A stretch of DNA of 64,000 nucleotides from a virus. Of this stretch, positions 60,003 to 64,000 are shown one piece after another. The first letter of the stretch is position 1, and every line of letters starts with the position of its first letter. The notes under the pieces were generated by a model. That model had not been told where the DNA came from and searched no databases. It was given only the letters and a program-made list of their open reading frames with translations. The position numbers were made by a program, and so were the translations under genes. The stretch lies in the IMG/VR virus record IMGVR_UViG_3300045942_000110; one strand, written 5' to 3'.

Positions 60003-60235
60003 TGGGCTTCAAGAGAGCGCCCGAGGAGTGCGGCGCGACGTACGGCAAGCGCTGGCCGAGCGCGCCCTCGGACGAGTGGGAGACCGCGACGTGCATTCAG
60101 CACCACGACAAGACGCCGCCTCCGGTGGGCACGGTGCATGACTCCGGCGACGGCACGCGGTGGGTCGAGCTGCCGGGCTTTACCGAGCTGGACGAGGACC
60201 TCCTCGAGAGGCTGGAAGGGCTGCCGAGATCATGA
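60002..60235 (+). CDS. hypothetical protein
   Basis: TGATG coupling. Confidence 0.55.
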   Translation: MGFKRAPEECGATYGKRWPSAPSDEWETATCIQHHDKTPPPVGTVHDSGDGTRWVELPGFTELDEDLLERLEGLPRS

Positions 60236-60669
60236 AGCGTGGAGCTGGCCCCGAGCACTGCCCCTTCTGCAAGAGGATCGCCGAGGAGGACTACGACGCG
60301 TCGTGGCTGGACGGCGTCACCTTCGAGCCGCTCAATCCCGTGACGCCTGGCCACCGCCTGTTCGTCACGCGCTACCACGAGGACCCGAAGGAGTTCCGCT
60401 TCACCTACGAGAGCAACCTCATCCCGCGGGAGCGCGCGGAGCGCGGCTTGCGACCCAACCCTCCTCGAGGTGTGAGCGCTGTGCTGCCGTTGCTGGACAT
60501 GTGGCGGAAGGACCGTCACATCACCGAGGACTTCAATCTGATCCTCAACGCCGGCGAGGCTGCCAGCCAGTCGATCGAGCACCTGCATCTGCACTACATT
60601 CCGCGTCGACCGGGCGACGGGCTGATACTCCCGTGGACCGGGCAGCGACCGATCGGAGAGAGCAAGTGA
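60232..60669 (+). CDS. HIT (histidine triad) family nucleotide hydrolase/transferase
   Basis: CPFC near the N-terminus, NPVTPGH, and the histidine triad IEHLHLHYIPR. Confidence 0.8.
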   Translation: MKRGAGPEHCPFCKRIAEEDYDASWLDGVTFEPLNPVTPGHRLFVTRYHEDPKEFRFTYESNLIPRERAERGLRPNPPRGVSAVLPLLDMWRKDRHITEDFNLILNAGEAASQSIEHLHLHYIPRRPGDGLILPWTGQRPIGESK

Positions 60670-60866
60670 CCTGGCTGGGTAGCCGGATGCACCGACGTCG
60701 CAACGAGGCGATCGGATGGATCGTGGTGTGGGCGATGTGGGCGCTGATCGTCGTGCTTGGCCTGGCATCCCTCAGCCTCGTGCTTATGGCGCGAGCGTGC
60801 GAGAGCGCGGGCGGCACGTGGGACCTGAGCGCGCCGATGGACTGCCGCGTGGAGGTGATCCCGTGA
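60666..60866 (+). CDS. small membrane protein
   Basis: GTGA coupling. TM helix IGWIVVWAMWALIVVLGLASLSLVLM. Confidence 0.55.
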   Translation: MTWLGSRMHRRRNEAIGWIVVWAMWALIVVLGLASLSLVLMARACESAGGTWDLSAPMDCRVEVIP

Positions 60867-61228
60867 GCGCCGCGTACACGCCTCGAGGGCGTCGCCGTCA
60901 CGTTGTCGATCGCACGCGGGTGCGCTCCATCCGGGTCATCGTCGAGATGGACGAGCCCGACGGTGGCATCACGACGTACGAGACGCACGGCCGTCTGCTC
61001 CCCGGCGGCAGCAACGTGGACGTCAGGCCGGAGTACGGGCCGCTGGGTGTGCCGGTGTCGGTGGGCGTGGAGTTCAGCGCGCTGCTGAGGCCCTTCGACC
61101 CCGCGGACCGGGAGTACGCCGACAGCCCGCTGTTCCGCATCACGAACATTCCACCTGAGCAGATTGCGATAGACCCCTCGGCGGCGACCGACAATGTGCT
61201 CATGATCACCGAAGGGCCCAGCGCATGA
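60863..61228 (+). CDS. hypothetical protein
   Basis: GTGA coupling. Confidence 0.6.
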   Translation: MSAAYTPRGRRRHVVDRTRVRSIRVIVEMDEPDGGITTYETHGRLLPGGSNVDVRPEYGPLGVPVSVGVEFSALLRPFDPADREYADSPLFRITNIPPEQIAIDPSAATDNVLMITEGPSA

Positions 61229-61674
61229 AGCTGCTGATGCAGGACGAGAGCAAGCGGGTCTACGTCGACTCCACCGACCACCACTTCTACGAGCTGCCCA
61301 AGCAGGTCCGAGGCCAGACCGTGGTGATGGACACGAAGCGGGACTACGTGCTGCCGCGAGGCGCCCTCGAGGGGATGCACGGCCAGGCGGAGCGGATGCT
61401 GGCCGAGTGGTTCTCATCGAAGGGTGAGGGCGGCAAGATGGGCGTCGAGGCCATCGGAGACGTCAGCTTCCGCACCGTGAAGTACCGTGCGGAGGAAGAG
61501 GACGACGAGGGCAACTGGACGGGCAAGTTCATCTACTCGGTGAAGGTCACCGCTGAGCAGGCGTTCTGGCCGCCGGCTCCGGTGGACCCGACGGGGGATG
61601 AGCCGCCGATGCCGCGCAAGAGCGACTTCATCGGTGACCGGCTCAAGCAGGCCGCAGAGAGCACGAAGGAGTGA
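61225..61674 (+). CDS. hypothetical protein
   Basis: ATGA coupling. Confidence 0.65.
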   Translation: MKLLMQDESKRVYVDSTDHHFYELPKQVRGQTVVMDTKRDYVLPRGALEGMHGQAERMLAEWFSSKGEGGKMGVEAIGDVSFRTVKYRAEEEDDEGNWTGKFIYSVKVTAEQAFWPPAPVDPTGDEPPMPRKSDFIGDRLKQAAESTKE

Positions 61675-62228
61675 CGGGCATGGACGACAAGCGAGACGAC
61701 AGCGACGAGAGCTACCCGCCGATCATCAATCTCGATGAGGTGTACGACCCGGCGAAGCACGATCGCTACCGGGACCTGTTCGTGGAGGAGGGTCTCGTGG
61801 CGCCTGTGGAGCTGACGGGCGAGAAGCGCGAGGTGAAGATCGCCCGCTCCGACGACGGCCGCGGTAGCCTCGGGGTGCCGAGCGACCCGTCGAAGCAGTA
61901 CCCGGGTCAGGAGGCGTACGAGCCGCCCGCATCCGAGACCGAGGAGCCCGAGACCGTGAACCACGTCGAGAGCCCTGAGGCCGCGCGTGCCCGTCGCAAG
62001 GCGAAGCGGAACGAGATCCGAGCGTTCGGGCGCGCGACGCACCGCGGCGACGTGTTCATGAACCGCTGGCACGAGCACGGCCGACACCCCGGCAGCCGGC
62101 AGCTGCGCGTCGAGCAGAACGTGCGCGGCGCTGCGCTGTTCGTGCTGCGCGACACCGGCACGGGGAAGATCACGACGATGCGCGCGCGGACCCTGATGGA
62201 GCGGTACGAGCGAGTCGACCAGCCGTGA
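61671..62228 (+). CDS. hypothetical protein
   Basis: GTGA coupling (alternative ATG 61680). Confidence 0.6.
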   Translation: MTGMDDKRDDSDESYPPIINLDEVYDPAKHDRYRDLFVEEGLVAPVELTGEKREVKIARSDDGRGSLGVPSDPSKQYPGQEAYEPPASETEEPETVNHVESPEAARARRKAKRNEIRAFGRATHRGDVFMNRWHEHGRHPGSRQLRVEQNVRGAALFVLRDTGTGKITTMRARTLMERYERVDQP

Positions 62229-62476
62229 CCGAGTGGCAGACCGAGAACGAGCTGCGCCCTGAGGTCGTCGTCGCCCTTGAGGAGATGGGCGCTCATCCGA
62301 GTCACGTCTGGTGGGACAGGGGCTGGGACGGTGTGGAGTGCACCGTCTGCGGCATCTGCACGGACTGCGACCCGCCGGAGGTTTCCTCGAAAGAGTGCGT
62401 GCCGGCGCTACCCTCGGGCCATGACGATTCCGTTCAGCGAGATGTGGGGCGGCGAGAGCTGGTACCTGATGAGTGA
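62225..62476 (+). CDS. small Cys-rich protein
   Basis: GTGA coupling. Contains CTVCGICTDC. Confidence 0.55.
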   Translation: MTEWQTENELRPEVVVALEEMGAHPSHVWWDRGWDGVECTVCGICTDCDPPEVSSKECVPALPSGHDDSVQRDVGRRELVPDE

Positions 62477-62579
62477 GGCGGAGCGGGAGCGCGTGGAGCA
62501 GGCTCAGCGGGCACAGCGCGCGGACGAGGCATGGCGCCAGGAGTGGGAGCGACGCTGCCGCGAGGAGGGCATCGAGTGA
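62421..62579 (+). CDS. hypothetical small protein (52 aa)
   Basis: ATG inside the previous gene (56-nt overlap), translating MTIPFSEMWGGESWYLMSEAERERVEQAQ... Its stop is coupled (GTGA) to the next gene. Confidence 0.4.
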   Translation: MTIPFSEMWGGESWYLMSEAERERVEQAQRAQRADEAWRQEWERRCREEGIE

Positions 62580-62920
62580 TTTACATGCTGATCACCGACC
62601 CACCCAGCCCGACGTGGTGGACGGTGGCACTCGCGTTCCTGCTGGGCGTTGGCCTGATGTGGATGATCGGCGCCGTCCTGATCTGGCCGCGTCGGCAGGG
62701 CGAGAGCCCGCGGCCCAAGCGCTACGTCGGCGCGGGAGGCAGGCAGGATCTGCGACCGCCGACCACCCCTCCTCGAGCACCCTCCGGTGTGAGCGGCGGC
62801 AGCGACGTCGCCGAGCGTCAGCGCAAGCGGGAGATCAACAACCTGCACGAGATCCAGTGCAACTACCCGTTCGCGCACTGCGTGTGCAAGGCGAGCGGTC
62901 GCGGAGCACGGCGCGCCTGA
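62576..62920 (+). CDS. membrane protein with basic C-terminal region
   Basis: TM helix WWTVALAFLLGVGLMWMIGAVLIW. Alternative ATG at 62585. Confidence 0.55.
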   Translation: MIYMLITDPPSPTWWTVALAFLLGVGLMWMIGAVLIWPRRQGESPRPKRYVGAGGRQDLRPPTTPPRAPSGVSGGSDVAERQRKREINNLHEIQCNYPFAHCVCKASGRGARRA

Positions 62921-63033
62921 GCTACCCTCGAGTCAGGTCGGTCGCCGGACGGGATCGCAGCCTCTTCAAGTTCAGTGGGACCGTCGCTCTGACGATCCAA
63001 CTCATTCGCGTTTCACTTGAATCGAGGCACATC

Positions 63034-63306
63034 ATGGCAGTCAAGGCACGCTTCTGGGTCCAGAAGATCACCCGTCAGGCGGTGAGCAAGAACAACGTCC
63101 AGCGCATCGTCGAGCTGGCGCCGGTCATCCGCGGAGCGGGTCATCCGGACGGTGGTGACAAGGACAACCTGGACTGGTCGAAGTACACGCCCTCGGGCAA
63201 CATCACGCTCACTGTGTCGGCCGACGGCGCCGGCGAGTGGTTCGAGTCGATGCTGGGTGAGGACGTGGCGATCACCTTCGAGGCGGTCACGCCCGCTGCC
63301 GAGTAG
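63034..63306 (+). CDS. hypothetical protein
   Basis: ATG after the gagg SD, preceded by a 113-bp gap. Followed by a terminator. Confidence 0.65.
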   Translation: MAVKARFWVQKITRQAVSKNNVQRIVELAPVIRGAGHPDGGDKDNLDWSKYTPSGNITLTVSADGAGEWFESMLGEDVAITFEAVTPAAE

Positions 63307-63339
63307 ACTCGACACGGCCCTAAGGTCGCCCCCACGCAG

Positions 63340-63369
63340 AGCCCCCGGACACCGTCACCCGGGGGCTTT
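63340..63369 (+). terminator. intrinsic terminator
   Basis: 9-bp GC stem agcccccgg / ccgggggct with a 10-nt loop, followed by ttt. Confidence 0.7.
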
Positions 63370-63380
63370 GCGCTGCCTGC

Positions 63381-63386
63381 TACGCT
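63381..63386 (+). promoter_or_regulatory. isolated TACGCT -10-like hexamer
   Basis: ctgcTACGCTcacc lies just after the terminator and 66 nt before ATG 63452. It has no palindromic partner and no adjacent start codon. Confidence 0.3.
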
Positions 63387-63451
63387 CACCTCAGACTCCC
63401 CGGCGTGAGGCCGGGTAGCCGGCGTGATGCCGGAGAGCGAAGGGAGGCGTC

Positions 63452-63811
63452 ATGCCTCGTGAACGAGTACACCAGGGCCGCACGTGGACCGAGAACACGG
63501 ACCAGGACCCTCGAAGTCCCATCGGTGAGATGCGCCAGGTCTTCCCGGGCGAGAAGCTGCCCGACGGAACACCAGTGAGTCAGGACCCGAGTCTCGACGT
63601 TGGCTGGAACCGTGACACCGGTTGGATGCAGATCATCACGCAGGTCAGCGTGCAGCGGCTGCGCGACATCCTCGCGGCGGTCGAGAACGACGAGCTGCCG
63701 ATGGAGGGCGACCTCGTGGCCATCTGCGTCGACTTCGAGCGGGTGGATGCGAACAAGCTGATCCGCACTGTCCGCCGTGCGCGAGACGCGGCATTCGGCG
63801 TCGACGAGTAG
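63452..63811 (+). CDS. hypothetical protein
   Basis: gaagggagg SD 5 nt upstream. Confidence 0.7.
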   Translation: MPRERVHQGRTWTENTDQDPRSPIGEMRQVFPGEKLPDGTPVSQDPSLDVGWNRDTGWMQIITQVSVQRLRDILAAVENDELPMEGDLVAICVDFERVDANKLIRTVRRARDAAFGVDE

Positions 63812-63841
63812 GTCTCTCGAGGGAGCCTGGGCGGGTCAGCT

Positions 63842-63854
63842 AGCGTAGTACGCT
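63842..63854 (+). promoter_or_regulatory. class-2 palindrome AGCGTAgTACGCT
   Basis: Identical 13-mer to the one at 56514. TACGCT, then 6 nt, then GTG 63861, which opens a 6-codon mini-ORF ending in an ATGA overlap with ATG 63878. Confidence 0.55.
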
Positions 63855-63877
63855 CCCCGAGTGGGATACTCGCAGCC

Positions 63878-64000
63878 ATGACTCCCCAGGCTCCCGACCT
63901 CCACGGCGTGCGCGTCGCCTCCCGTCTCGCGTCCGGGCCCAAGATCCGTGCCGGCTCCTCGTTCACGCAGGGCCAGGTGACGGAGAATCCCCGTGCCGGC
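63878..64000 (+). CDS. hypothetical protein, N-terminal fragment (continues beyond window)
   Basis: My translation MTPQAPDLHGVRVASRLASGPKIRAGSSFTQGQVTENPRAG stays open to the window end. Confidence 0.45.
   Translation, partial: MTPQAPDLHGVRVASRLASGPKIRAGSSFTQGQVTENPRAG

Noticed and set aside
62962-63033. Tenth class-1 promoter copy (tttcacttgaatcgagg) upstream of gene 63034
   Set aside because: It gives only a partial match: TTCACT instead of TACAnT, no TG extension and no GTAnTACG core. It may be a weak promoter, but it is not counted in the motif family.
1-64000. Prophage or temperate features (integrase, immunity repressor, attP) and retron/DGR-type elements
   Set aside because: No tyrosine or serine recombinase motifs, no CI/Cro-like pair and no reverse transcriptase were recognisable in any frame. 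This absence is limited to the window.

Overview
High-G+C window, almost entirely coding and read almost entirely on the + strand. It looks like the non-structural arm of a large, probably lytic, actinobacteriophage; I recognised no integrase or repressor. Order of content: (1) the end of a tail gene and a lysis cassette (M15/PG-binding endolysin plus membrane/holin-like proteins, 1-4212). (2) The only reverse-strand block, three small genes at 4310-5233. (3) A replication/recombination region: family A DNA polymerase, tandem-RHH protein, PrimPol-helicase, SNF2 helicase, Cas4-like nuclease, MazG, Sak4-like ATPase, DUF669-like SSB, VRR-NUC, DUF932-like. (4) A 610-bp non-coding locus with a non-canonical tRNA-like element and a strong terminator (31.7-32.3 kb). 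(5) A glycosylation island of 4 glycosyltransferases, a GNAT and a possible methyltransferase. (6) A PAPS-reductase-like gene plus three ParB-fold genes running straight into terminase small/large subunit genes (36.9-42.5 kb). (7) About 21 kb of small genes that include an ATP-dependent DNA ligase, a pyrimidine-dimer-glycosylase-like protein, an oligoribonuclease homologue and a HIT protein. Most genes are translationally coupled through ATGA/GTGA/TGATG overlaps. Recurrent non-coding signals: a ~20-nt promoter-like motif (9 copies); a TACGCT element placed 6-7 nt before start codons (leaderless type, 4 copies, 3 inside the palindrome AGCGTAgTACGCT); GAAAGAT iterons plus a nested 121-bp inverted repeat after the primase gene; two related polypyrimidine/polypurine hairpins; and twin hairpins at 21.3 kb. 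All family assignments come from motifs read by eye. No searches were run. Start codons of small genes are the least certain part.
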